From the NCBI GenBank assembly GCA_904063045.1, contig CAJFCJ010000006.1, positions 3,550,408-3,614,407 of the forward strand: a DNA stretch of 64,000 bases. Direction: 5' to 3'. Origin of the DNA: Dimorphilus gyrociliatus (taxonomy: Eukaryota > Animalia > Annelida). Positions 12,587-24,577 of the stretch are shown in pieces. The translations under genes and the position numbers were made by a program. The notes under the pieces were generated by a model. It made no database searches, had not been told where the DNA came from, and was given only the letters and a program-made list of their open reading frames with translations. Every line of letters begins with the position of its first letter. The stretch's first letter is position 1.

Positions 12587-15500
12587 TCTCCTGTCAAATA
12601 AAGTAAGGGATTATCGTTTAAACGGTAAAAACAAACAATTTCTTTAAGTTTATTAGAGAATTTAACGCCGTCTACGTAACGAAAACGTGCTACCAGGTGC
12701 GCCGATTGTAAAATTAACCCTATCGTAAAATTTTTCATGCTTTTCCCTTTTTTTTTATATCTCTCCCGACTCCTTCTCTTTATTAAAGTATAATTAAACG
12801 TTTAAAGCATTAATCTTTGTTTATAATTATACAACCATAATAATTTAAACGTCATTTAGCTTTTTAACCTCCCTCTCCCCAATAAATTTTAATTTCCCGC
12901 TCTACAAATCCTTTTGAAACGTATACCACCCAGTTTTCTCACCCACTACCGCCCACACCTTATTTACTTTATTCCTCATTTCATAACACCCATTTCCATT
13001 GTTACATAACACTATCTCTTACACGCAAAACATATATCAAATTTTTTATAATAAGCATATGCAGAGATGCTACAGATTATATCTTTTAAAACATTCCAAT
13101 AAATTACATTGGATGACACGTTCAACCCATTAGGAGAAAAACGCGTTAACATGCAGCTGTTGCTGAATGCAGGTGGAAGCGATGCGTAACAACAAGCTGA
13201 CGCCCGGCGTCGTTTTTATTTTGACAAACAGTAGTTTAATGACCAACGAAAATAAAAATGGTAAAAGTTTTTCAATTGTGAATAGAAGAAATAAGATAGA
13301 ACTTATTGTTTCTAAATCTGAAATTTCCTATTATAATAAACACTGATGTTTTTCTACTTAGGATTGCTTTCAACCGCTTTCTTATTATTATTCGTCCATT
13401 CAATATTAAAGTAAATAAATTACATTAACGGATAGCAATTTAGAATATTCTTTCAATATGGCCTAATATCTTCCAAACAACTAACTAACTAACTATACAA
13501 TCTGTAAGCGAGGATAGCCTTGCTTAGAGAACGAAATGTCCTCTGTTTGTTGTAAAGTAATACCTTTTTATTTAAGAGGAAAGGCAAACAATTTCGAGTA
13601 GTAAGGTAACGTTGAAATGAACAATGTATTCCTTTTTTTTGAGAGGCGTGACAAACAAAATTTTTTTCATTATTTAGACTTTTTATACTCTAACCCCGAT
13701 ATCCAGTTCAAACAATAACAATGCATAGAATAGCATACTATATATACAGTATATAAATGTACATATGACTCTTTACTCGGTATTATTCTTTTGAAATGAT
13801 GAAGGGTGTGGCAAAAGCGTTTCTTTTTTTCTTTTTTTTTAACTCTTTCTTTCTTCCCTGTTCGAGAGGAGTTACGAACAAAACGAATGTTTTATTAGTG
13901 GGAGGGATGGTGGGGGAATTTACATCGTTGAGAAATTGTATAGAGGCAAAGATCAAAATGTCGATAAAGATATTTTCCAACTCACAAACAATTCTAAACA
14001 ATAATGCAAAGGGGCTTTATGTTTGCTAAGAGAAGAGACAGGAATAATTGCTGCGGAGAATTGGTAAAAGCAAAGCATTAGCTGACCTTTGCGATAAACC
14101 AACTCCGTTCGGCCAAAATGAATGACAAACTAAAAAGAACGTCATTGCATTACTCTTTATAGATCAGGATTATAGTTTATTGAAGTTTTTTCTATTGTCT
14201 CCTTATCCCTTTACAAATACAACACCGATTGATTACTTAATAATAAATATCGGATAACGAGTTAAATGGTTTTTTCTCCTGATCTCTTCATACAACCTAT
14301 ATGATAATGTTTGCTCAAGGTCTATATGTATATATTATATATTTAATATTGGAGAAAATGACAAATTGAATATAACAAGTAGCTTAAGTATATTGCCAAA
14401 GGGCGTTTATAGAATATAGTCATTAGTGTTCATTAAAATTTATATGAAAACTTACATGACAAACGGACAGGGAACGCCCAAATGAAATTCGAGAAGCGTT
14501 CAAGCAGCTTGTCATTTAATTATTTATATAAAAAGTAACTTGAAGATAACAAACTAACACCTAAAAACAATTGTATTACAAGCTAGTATAAACTATTCTA
14601 TTCTAGTTTCCTTATCTTTTCTTCACCACATTTGGTTTCGTATTGCAAGAATAACAAGTCTAAACGATACGAACGATACGGAGAAATTTGAAGTCTCGTT
14701 AACGGTTTTGAATCTTTTCCTCCCCTCCCCTTACCGCGTTACCATGGTTATCCTTATCAGTAACCATAGAATCGGATGTTCACGTAGGAGCGGTTTTGGG
14801 AAAATGGACGTTTCCGTGTTGGGTTACAAGCATACGGAACGAATAAATAGTCGCGGACGTAAATCGACGGGAAATGTCCACAGAGTGACGAAATTGACTG
14901 ATAACAGAGGCTAAAGCAAATTATAGAGTAGAGAGCCGATTCCATTTTAGAGTTTTAAGATAGAGACGAAACGATAAATTAGCCATACCATTGAGTGACA
15001 AAACCGGCAAACAAGACAACGTGGGCTGATAGTCTCCCTAAATAAATCCAGATTCCGACCGCTTTATCGCATTCGAGTATCGGATGTCATGGCAAACAAC
15101 GTGACAAACAGCTATTCGCATTAATGGCCGCGTTTTGTTCTGTTTTCACGCCTAATGCTTCCCAGGCTTGTATTTTTATTGGCTGATTTTTTTTTTCAAG
15201 AAAAAAAAACCGATTTATGGATTAGCCTAAGATTATAAGGAATCTATACGAGTTTGTCTGCTTTGCAATAGAAACCAGCTAATAAAATAAAATGACACTT
15301 TGATGATGTTATTATAATGATTCTAGACTGTTTTTATTTCTGCCAAACTGGCGCGACACACGCGCTTTTTCTGCTTTCGCCTTTGATGTTTATCTCTAGG
15401 GCCGAAAACGTTTTACTCCAAGATAATAATCTACTTATGAACTTTCTAAGAAGAAAAAGGAAGTGAATGGAAGGCGCGAGAAGATTGTAAGATGGGAAGG

Positions 15501-18500
15501 GAAAGGGAAGCGACGGTTTTTCATTTGAATTTCGTAATATTTTCTCGCGAGTATAGGTACTCTAACTGTTTAAATAATAGATAATAATCAATCAAATATT
15601 CAAAATCTCCTATTGGTAATAGAAATGAAATTATTATGAATTATAAAGAAAAGAGAGTTGTATAATAAAATTAATAATTATAGCGATTTACGACAAACAC
15701 CTTTAATTGGCTTAGGTTAAATCGTAAGCCTACATTGTTAGGTAATTACATTAGCCTTTTATATTTTCAATAATTCTATATGATTAGCCATAAGTTTGTA
15801 CATTTGTCCGAAACAATCTTATACCGTCAACAACGCATAAAACACCTATGAATACATAAGTAGCCGTGTGAAAATTATACCCGATGTACAATATGTACAA
15901 TATATCGATATACAATATAGGTTATGTCACGTGATGTTGCGTTATATTTTTAAAAAATGTATAATATCATAGCGGTTTAACCACTTTGTTCAAATTTAAT
16001 AACAAGCGTTAAGTACGTAATATAATAACCTGTAGAAGTGTAATATTTTACGAATCAATGAAGGTTTCATTGTTTATACACATCTCGGCTACTACTTGGG
16101 CGGTTGAACTACTCGAGTTTTATATTTATAGCACTTAGTTTGTAAATTAAACAAAGAAATGAAAACTTACTAAATTACCGAGTTTTAGTTAAATATTTAA
16201 GAATAAAAAACAACAAAAATATAAAAAAGAACCGGAAGTGTCAATAAATTCTACTAATATTATCGTAAATTTATAATATTTCACGTTTAACGGTTTGAAT
16301 CATTAAAAATTAATAAAATTGTTTTGTGATTTTAGGCTTTGTTGTGACAGATGAAGCTCTGTAAATATGCACAATAGAACATATGAACCGTTCAATGTAT
16401 ATTTAAAGGAAATCGAAAAGCAATTATTCTCTGTTCAATTCATAGAAGTGTTCAATTTGTATGAAATATATGAATTCAAATTGTACTATTTGCCTTGAAG
16501 AAAAACAGTTGTACTTTGTTAATCTTCTACTCTTTTTTGCTAATATAATTTTGGAAAATTACCTTACTTAAAAACTTAATAAAGTAATAAATAATAAAAA
16601 ACTAGATTATTACGTCTACCTCTGCTCTCTCTCTCTCTCTCTCTCTAGACTAATACGATCTTCCCTTCTGTTAGTTCATTTCAATAAAACTATTAATAAA
16701 TTAAAACATACTGGGAAAATATTATCCCAAAAATTCTAGAATGTTTTCTATGTAGACAAACCAATGGGCGGATTTGTACTGCGTTTGATCTTATCTCAGA
16801 GGAGAGGCAGAGACAAACCCCCTATTCTTCGTCTCCATATAGTTTGCCATATTAAATCTAGTTCGCGTTGAAAAGGAGCTGTCATTCTAGAACACTTTTC
16901 TATTCAATTAAAAATTAAGAACTTGTATTCTATAATAAAAGATTTACGGGTTAAAATATATATATTTTTTTACGCACTTGGCGAACCTTCCACCTGTTTT
17001 TTAGTCGCTCACGAATAAAAAAAATACAAACATTTCCGTTCTTTCTAGCCTAAAGGCAAACTTTTAATATTCCTCTATGTTTTTTATTATAATTTATTCA
17101 ATCGAAATAAACCTTATATAAAAAAAAACATTCCACTCTATCTCTCTCTCTTTCTCTCTTCACACATATTTTTCCCTATTATTTCGTTACATTTAAAGTA
17201 GTCTCTTTCTTAGACAAAAAAAAATTACAAAACACTCCATAAAAGAACTAAAAGGGCGTTAAAGTTCAATTTTATATTAAACGATAATTAATTTTATGAA
17301 TATCTACATGCATCTGGGATATATAAATGCGGGAAGAGGATAGAAAGGGTTAACCAAAATAGCGAAAGACAAAAGAAACGACATCTGCTTTTTTTTTTTT
17401 CAAATTTTTTTTTTCACTTAGTTAAAACATTTGAACGGTTGCCAAATCAATTAGTGAAAAATAATTAAGTTTGTGAAAATAAGTGCGAGTAATTTTCAAA
17501 GATAATTACAGGTGTGTAAGGTTTGACAAACAGCAGAGAGCGAGAGAGAGACAGAGAAAGATTTTTGTAGAAGATGTTTTTTTTTTAAAGAAACAAACAT
17601 TAAAAAAAAACTCCGTTCAATGATATAAAGCTATGGAAAACACAGCTGTTGAAAAATATGCTGGTGTAAAGTTCGATCAAATATTTCTACTTTGTAATGA
17701 AGATTAATGACAAACTTGAATTGTTTGAATAAAATTTTAAACTGATTAGTTATAGAAAGGTTAAATTTACTTAGTCAATATATGAACATTACTACAAACG
17801 ACAGAGAAATTATATTAAAAATAATTTCTCCTAAGTGTTCTTCTCTCTCTCTCTGGTATGCAACAATTTTTACTCAACAAACTGGAATAATAATTATCTT
17901 ATAGAATATTATTAATACCAAAAATTAATAATATTATAGTAAAGCAGCTGTTTGTAGTGAAAAATATACCGGTGTGTTCAATCAATCAAATTTCATGGTG
18001 GATTAAACCCTTAACAATCAATTGAATTCATTTCGATAAATTTTTCCAAAATTATCGACTATAAAATAAACAAATGTTGAAAAAAAAATGAAAAATATTC
18101 AATCATTTCCCGTAAGGTTAATTCTTTCTTTCTTTCTTTCTTTTTTTTTTTTCTCTCTCTCTCTGTTAGTCTCTCTTTTCATTCAAACTATCACTCCCTT
18201 GTCTCTTTTATGTCTTTACACTTTTTCACTAATACAGGAATTACTATAGAAGATTATTATATGTATTTATTGAAAAAAATTGCTATAATAGCAAAGGGAA
18301 AATCGACTTAAATATATATATATATTCATAAAAAGAGCAAGAAATTACCGATATTATTCCCCCCCGATTGAATAATAGCATTAAAATATTATTTAACAGG
18401 ATTCATAAAAAAAATGAAGGCCTAAGAAAAAGTATAAAGTTTTTCTCGTTATTTTATCAAGTTTTCACTCTAATTACCGTTACAATATTAAGATCTTCTA

Positions 18501-19761
18501 ATAAATAAGCTAGTTTAAATAGTATTATGTTGTCTTAGACGTACCTTTGAGGGAAGATATTTGTGAGATACAAGATATTCTCCAGCGCATACGACGCCTT
18601 TATCAAACGGCCATTGCCAATATTTTGTAGGTCGATAATCCTGCTCACTTTATTCCGATCAATCGATTCAATAAGGGATTAAAAGTCGATTACAAGCAGA
18701 CGTATTATAACAGGTTCGGAATCATTCGAAGTTGTTGAGTGGAATTTGCGAGGTGAGCATCTCCCGCTCTCTTTTAGTCGAGTTGATATACTTTAACAGG
18801 GGTGCCAGTTGTCATTTTCCCCGCGCCATCTGTAGTCAGAAAAGAAAATAACTTATTACTGTTCTTATTAAAGATGAAGAATAATTGTAAAAAATCATAC
18901 TTAATTCATGAAAACCAGAGAAAAAGAGTCAATGAAATAATATAAATCATTATATTCTGCTAAAAAAGAGATAGAATAATTTAACTAAACGATAGAACAA
19001 AAATAAATTACCAGTAAAAGAAAGAGGGAGAACGTTCTATTTACATTAAACTGTCCAGCGCAAGGCACAAACTACCGCCAAAGTTGTAAAATTTATTATC
19101 TATATATATAAATTTAGAAACAACGCACAAACAAAAAACCCGTCAAAAAACCTCAATTTCGTTGGATGATTCATCAAAAATTACTAGACTCTTGTTACAA
19201 GTCCCTTCCGGGTAGGGAACGCAAATTTTTATTTCACCACACCTCCAGGTATATCATCAGTCTGTAGTAGAGAGTACACTATGAGAAATATATATATTAT
19301 ATACCGGCTATATACACACGCTGTGTACATATATTAGTATTTTTAAGTAGGAATGAATAGGTATACTAATGACTAATACGACGCAAAATTTTCTGTTTCT
19401 CATCTCTATATCTTATTCATGGTATACTTATTTATGAAAAAGAAAATGGAAGATACATATTTCATTATTTTTATAAGGTATATGATAAATATTAATATTT
19501 TACAATTGATGTGACATTTAAGGGTAGAATATGATGATAATTAATCTATAAAAATGATAGAAATGTTTATTAAACGAACCATATCGTCATACAATTCAAT
19601 TACTTTTAACGTTTTCCCCTCTCTCTCTCTCTCTCTCTCTCTGTCTCTTCTTCATTAAACTCATTATTAGTAAAAAGTTAACTGGAATATTTTATTATAT
19701 TGTTTGTTTATTTACGATTTGTTTGTATTGAATTGATAATTTATCTAGTAATATATTGATG

Positions 19762-21174
19762 TTATTGTTTTCTAATAAATTGAAAATTTACGATTCTATC
19801 TGGAGCAGTAAATGTTCTTTTTATCATTCCGAGATGTTCTTCGCCACTTTCTCTAATAGAATAAGCCTTCAGAAGTTTTATAGCGGCTAAGTAAATCACC
19901 TGTTCGGCGAATCTTCTTCCTATACACATCCTCCTTCCGTAGCCAAAGGGAAGGAGACAACCTACCGGAATTCCCGCTCTTCTTCCATCTTCTTTAATTA
20001 GCCACCTTTCCGGTTCGAAATCTTTTGGATTTGTAAAATATTCGGCCGATTTACAAACAGTTTCGCAATTCATCCATACAACTGTTCCCGGCGGTATCTC
20101 GTAATCGCTTATCACTAGACGCTTTTGAACAACTCTAGATGGTCCCGCTATCACTGGATGATTGATCCTAAAACTTTCTCTTAGACAAGCTTTAAGATAA
20201 CTTAACTGTTCCAATTTTTCTATGGTAATTTCTTCGTCATTCGAAAATGTTTGTTCTATTTCCTTCGATAGTTTTTCTTGTTTTTCAGGGTTTTTAGCTA
20301 AATTATACAAGAAAAAACAGAGGGCATTACCGGTTGAATCTGCTCCGGCACTAAACAAAGAATTCGCCAGGAAAAGTTTATCCGTTTCCGTCCAACCGGC
20401 ACTCGTTAAAGTATCTTGTATTATAGTACTGTCAATTTTCTTCCTTTCTTTTATAAGTTTGGCCATAATATCGATTAAATCTTTAGAAATCCTACTGACT
20501 TCTTTATAAAATGGCGTTCTATAGTACAAAAATAGAGGAAACATGTACAGAGATTTGTTAAACATGTCAAAAAAACTCATAAGTAGAGTTAATAAGTGTT
20601 CAGCGTCTACTCGAATGTCGCCATCCTCGAATACACCAATCCTAGAATCAAATGCAACTATACCTATTGACTCCATTGTATACTTCATTAAAGTTATTAA
20701 TGTGTTTGGTACTTTGCCGTCCTCTTTAGAAATTTCATTAATATATTCAACTAGATCATCCGCGACCTTACTCTGCGCCGATAAGTAGGCCGAACCGGCG
20801 GAAGGGTTCGTCAATATTTTTTGAACTGGTTGTCTATAATTCCACCATTCTTGTCCGTTGCCTAAAAATCCAGCAGGATAATTGTCAAATTTACAGAGTG
20901 CTTCTAAAATAGGCGGTCTAAGCCTATTAGGATATTCTGGTTCATTTTGCAAAATTTTCAATATCTCTTTAGGATCGGAAACGTGAACGAAAGTAATAGG
21001 ACCCAGTTTCTCTTTATAAATTTTACCATAAATCTTCGATCTCTGCTCGAAAGCTTCGTAAATCCTATCGAATGAATATTTTCCAAATCTAGTATAATCT
21101 AGTAGGCTGCCTATAAAAGGTAATCCCCTGGGTCCTGGTATCTCTGAGAAAGACTTTAATAATTTCGTGGACAT
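19762..21174 (-). CDS. Cytochrome P450, mitochondrial-clan-like, intronless CDS
   Basis: Motifs: IPGPRGLP proline cluster, GQEWxxxR C-helix, AGADST I-helix, ESFR (ExxR), PERW, and heme motif PFGYGRRMCIGRRFAE. There is no N-terminal TM anchor. The ...CIGRRFAE heme signature is typical of the mitochondrial clan. Confidence 0.93.
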   Translation of the reverse strand: MSTKLLKSFSEIPGPRGLPFIGSLLDYTRFGKYSFDRIYEAFEQRSKIYGKIYKEKLGPITFVHVSDPKEILKILQNEPEYPNRLRPPILEALCKFDNYPAGFLGNGQEWWNYRQPVQKILTNPSAGSAYLSAQSKVADDLVEYINEISKEDGKVPNTLITLMKYTMESIGIVAFDSRIGVFEDGDIRVDAEHLLTLLMSFFDMFNKSLYMFPLFLYYRTPFYKEVSRISKDLIDIMAKLIKERKKIDSTIIQDTLTSAGWTETDKLFLANSLFSAGADSTGNALCFFLYNLAKNPEKQEKLSKEIEQTFSNDEEITIEKLEQLSYLKACLRESFRINHPVIAGPSRVVQKRLVISDYEIPPGTVVWMNCETVCKSAEYFTNPKDFEPERWLIKEDGRRAGIPVGCLLPFGYGRRMCIGRRFAEQVIYLAAIKLLKAYSIRESGEEHLGMIKRTFTAPDRIVNFQFIRKQ

Positions 21175-21741
21175 ATTGACTTTTAAAAATGTACATAAGA
21201 TTGGCCGTGTACAATTTACTTACATTACTAAGAGCGCCCTCTATATATTCTTTGGAAAGTAGATGATCCATTTACATGATTGAAACATATGTACATTTTC
21301 AAAGCATCTCTAACTATGTATTTATATTGATAAACTTTAAATTTTCAATATTTTATGATTCAATTAATCTTTATTTCTATTCTTTTATTCTATTATATCT
21401 TATCCCTATTTTATTCTTTTAAGAACAAAAGTTATAATAAATAGTTTTAACATATTTTTTTTACATATAAAATACATGTACAATATTTTACATGACTTTT
21501 TAAAGTAAAGTTACATAATTTTATTGATAAGTTAAACTTGCTTTAATTTAAGAAGTAAATCAGTTAAATTATGTTGATTTTCACTAAATTTTTACTTTTA
21601 ATAATTGAACGACAAATCAAATTGTTTGTATCACTGTTACAAATAAAAACGAAAAAAATCCCATTCATTTGAGATGCGTAGTCCATAGAAATAAATTTCT
21701 TTTTCCCGGTGAAGATTGTTTCTGTGCTTGCAATGATCAAA

Positions 21742-23287
21742 ATGTCGTTCAACGATGATGCCGTTCAATTGACTAATGATGACGCTTCTTCTTGCAAACT
21801 TTCTGCAGTTCAAAGAGGCTACTGGAAAGATTCTTACATATCGTTTTTTTATGAAAATCCTGAGCGAAAATCACCAGAGATAAGTATTGGATATTACACA
21901 AGAGTCCATTCCGTGAGATATTTGCTGAAAGAGTTTATAAAAGTACTTTTTATTTTCCTATAAGTTCTATACGCAAAGTTAATTTTCACATACTCTCATT
22001 AGAAAACAGAAGGCAATTGCCAAATTGTAAATCTAGGAGCTGGCTACGACACAACCTATTGGAATTTGAAAGATGACTCTTTAACCCCAAAGTCTTTTAT
22101 TGAAGTAGACTTTCCAGCTGTTACAATGAAGAAATGTCGAATAATTAAAGAGCAAATGGACCTGCTTGAGAAATTACAATCAGAAGGTAAGGGAAAAGCA
22201 AATTCCTTAGAATAGATAAAACGTTTCCGAGGAAATCTTTCAATCGTTGTTACCATAGTAACTAATCAGTATCTGATTTTTTTCTTCTCTTTTCCATAAA
22301 TAATGTAATGACAAGCGTAATTGTAGCGGTTGGAATATCTACGGAAAAGTACTATCAGCAGTTATTTTTAACTATTCCCTTGCTCTTTTTCATAAGTTTT
22401 AAGATAAACGACGATAAATCCCTTCCCTAATCCTCTTAATCTTATTTTTGCAATTCTTCTTAATAAACGCCAAATAAAAAACATCTATAGAGGACGACAT
22501 TCAGCTTAGCAGGACCGAAATCCATTCGAACGATTACCATTTGGTTTCGGCTGATATAAGGGAATTGAAACAGCTGGAAGCCAAACTACAATCCTGTCGA
22601 ATAGATACAAATCTACCAACCGTCTTTATAACTGAATGCGTTCTAGTCTACTTGGATATGGAATATTCAGATCGGTTATTGAAATGGATTAGCACGAAAT
22701 TCCCAACATCAGCTTTCATTAACTACGAGCAAGTGAATATGGAAGATAGATTTGGTGAAGTTATGATAGTTAATTTAAAAAGAAGAAATACAGAATTGCG
22801 GGGAGTTGAAGCCTGTCAAAGTGTTGATACACAGATTAACCGGTATTATATTGTAATATTAATAATGATACATTTATACATTGCAATTTAAACGCCATTA
22901 CTCTGGATAGTTTTAAAGATATCCTTATTGATTTAAATTTCCCCCTTCTATTATTATTATTATTATTATTTTCGTATTATTTAGATTTAAGAGAAATGGA
23001 TGGAAGAATGTTGAGTGTCTTGAGATGACTAATGTTTATCGTAATTTATCGACATCTGAAAAACAGAGGTTTGTTTTCTTTTCTCTCTTTTTTCTTTCTT
23101 TCTTCTTTTTCGTTTTATTTTCATTCTATTTTTAGTTTATTTATTTAAATTTAGGTTAGAAAAACTGGAGAGATTTGATGAAAAGGATCTATTAGATCAA
23201 TTGCTAGAGCATTATTGTTTAATGTGGGCCAACAGCGATTCAAATTCTGTCAACTTGTCGGATGTTACTATTACAGATTTTACATAA
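21742..23287 (+). CDS. LCMT1: Leucine carboxyl methyltransferase 1 (PP2A methyltransferase)
   Basis: Multi-exon. MSFNDDAVQLTNDDASSCKLSAVQRGYW, RKSPEISIGYYTRV, QIVNLGAGYDTTYW, SADIREL, PTVFITECVLVY, FINYEQVNMEDRFG, LERFDEKDLLDQLLEHYC; stop at 23285-23287. Confidence 0.92.
22249..22262. promoter_or_regulatory. X-box-like palindrome in LCMT1 intron
   Basis: GTTACCATAGTAAC matches the RFX consensus GTNRCC-AT-RGYAAC. Confidence 0.55.
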
Positions 23288-23637
23288 GAAGAGAGGGAGA
23301 CTTTTTTGTTTTATCTTCTCCCTGCTTCTTCCTCCTCCTCTTCCTCTTTCACCTATTTCTTTTTCCTTTACTTTTTTTTTTAACATACATACATCTATTT
23401 ATCTCTTTTAATCAAAAGTAACTTTCAAACAACGACTAATTATAAACGAAAGTCAATTAATCTAGTCTTAATCTATTTATCCTTGTGATAATTATGAATA
23501 TTCAAAAAAAAAAACAATAATAAAGTATACGTTTTCATAAATGTTCAATAATTCAAAAATTCAAAAAGAAAACTAAAGAAAACTTAAGAGAAAAATTATT
23601 AAAAAAAATACAAGCAAAAAATAATCTTTATAACATC

Positions 23638-24577
23638 ATGACTTCTAAAAAATCAAAGGGAGAAATAAAAGATATTTGCAATGTCAATCTAATTAAACCC
23701 TACGACCGTAAGCGTCTAATCAACTCTAAAGACAAAATAGACAACGCAATTAGTGAATTTAGAGTAAGCCTAGAGGAATTGTTTGCTAAATTTCCATCTT
23801 TGAATAATTGCTTAAATTTTGAATGTGTTGTTCAATCCAAAGAATTTCAAAACTATCTGATTAAGGCAGAACATGTAGCTTATATAGACTTGAATTTGGT
23901 ACATGAATGTACTAGGAAAGGCTTATTTCTTAATTGTTATAATGCCTGGGTATTCCATACAACTTTAACTGAAAGATTATGCATCATTCCCGACAAAGAT
24001 CAACGTTACAACGTTGGTGGCCTTAGCTTTGATGCTTCCGCCATCTACAATGGTATATTACGGTGTAATCGTCCGTACAATTCAAAAGGAGATGTTAGAT
24101 TTAGTGAAAAAGATCCAAGACTAAAATTTTCTATTCAAGATAACAACTTTGACGAACGTATTCATTTTGCATTAATAAGTAAACATGAACATCCCAATCC
24201 TTTACGGTTAGGCCTGATTTTATCTATAAAAACTCACTAAATCATTCATTTTTTTGCAATTTTAATTTAAATATTAATATATACGATAACAAAAAAAATA
24301 TAACCCCGATATAATTCGGCCTAATTACCAAATTAATAGCGTATACAATGCATTAGATTGGAATTTATTAGATAGTCAACTACAATGTCAAACTTTTGAT
24401 GCACTTGCAAAAAAATTTGGCTATAGTAGATTCCGTTTCAAATTACCTGGAGTATTTGACGAATATATGGATGACTTTGGTGAAAACGTTGAAGATTGTA
24501 TAAAATATGTTATAGAAAGATTACTCGATGGAGAGTGTAACGGAGGAAAGGTTTCAGTGAACTTTGAATGTAATTAA
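23638..24577 (+). CDS. Stand-alone, divergent DUF547-domain protein
   Basis: Exons 23638-24206 and 24340-24577 (CG|gttagg...aatag|C) join into ...PNPLRVYNALDWNLLDSQL...GVFDEYMDDFG...*. The motifs LFLNCYNAWVFH, YNVGGLSF..AIYNGILRCNRP, DPRL and DERIHFAL match the DUF547 pattern recalled from family knowledge. Confidence 0.72.

Noticed and set aside
14806-14886. Hairpin followed by ACA as an H/ACA snoRNA
   Set aside because: No ANANNA H box before the stem, no pseudouridylation pocket, and no clear 5' hairpin.
16470-16571. MNSNCTICLEE... RING-like start
   Set aside because: Only one CxxC in a 33 aa ORF, with no further ligands or convincing splice continuation.
22919-22926. ATATCCTT U12-type donor words (also ~24709)
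   Set aside because: They do not lie at exon boundaries; the introns modelled are GT-AG apart from one GC-AG.
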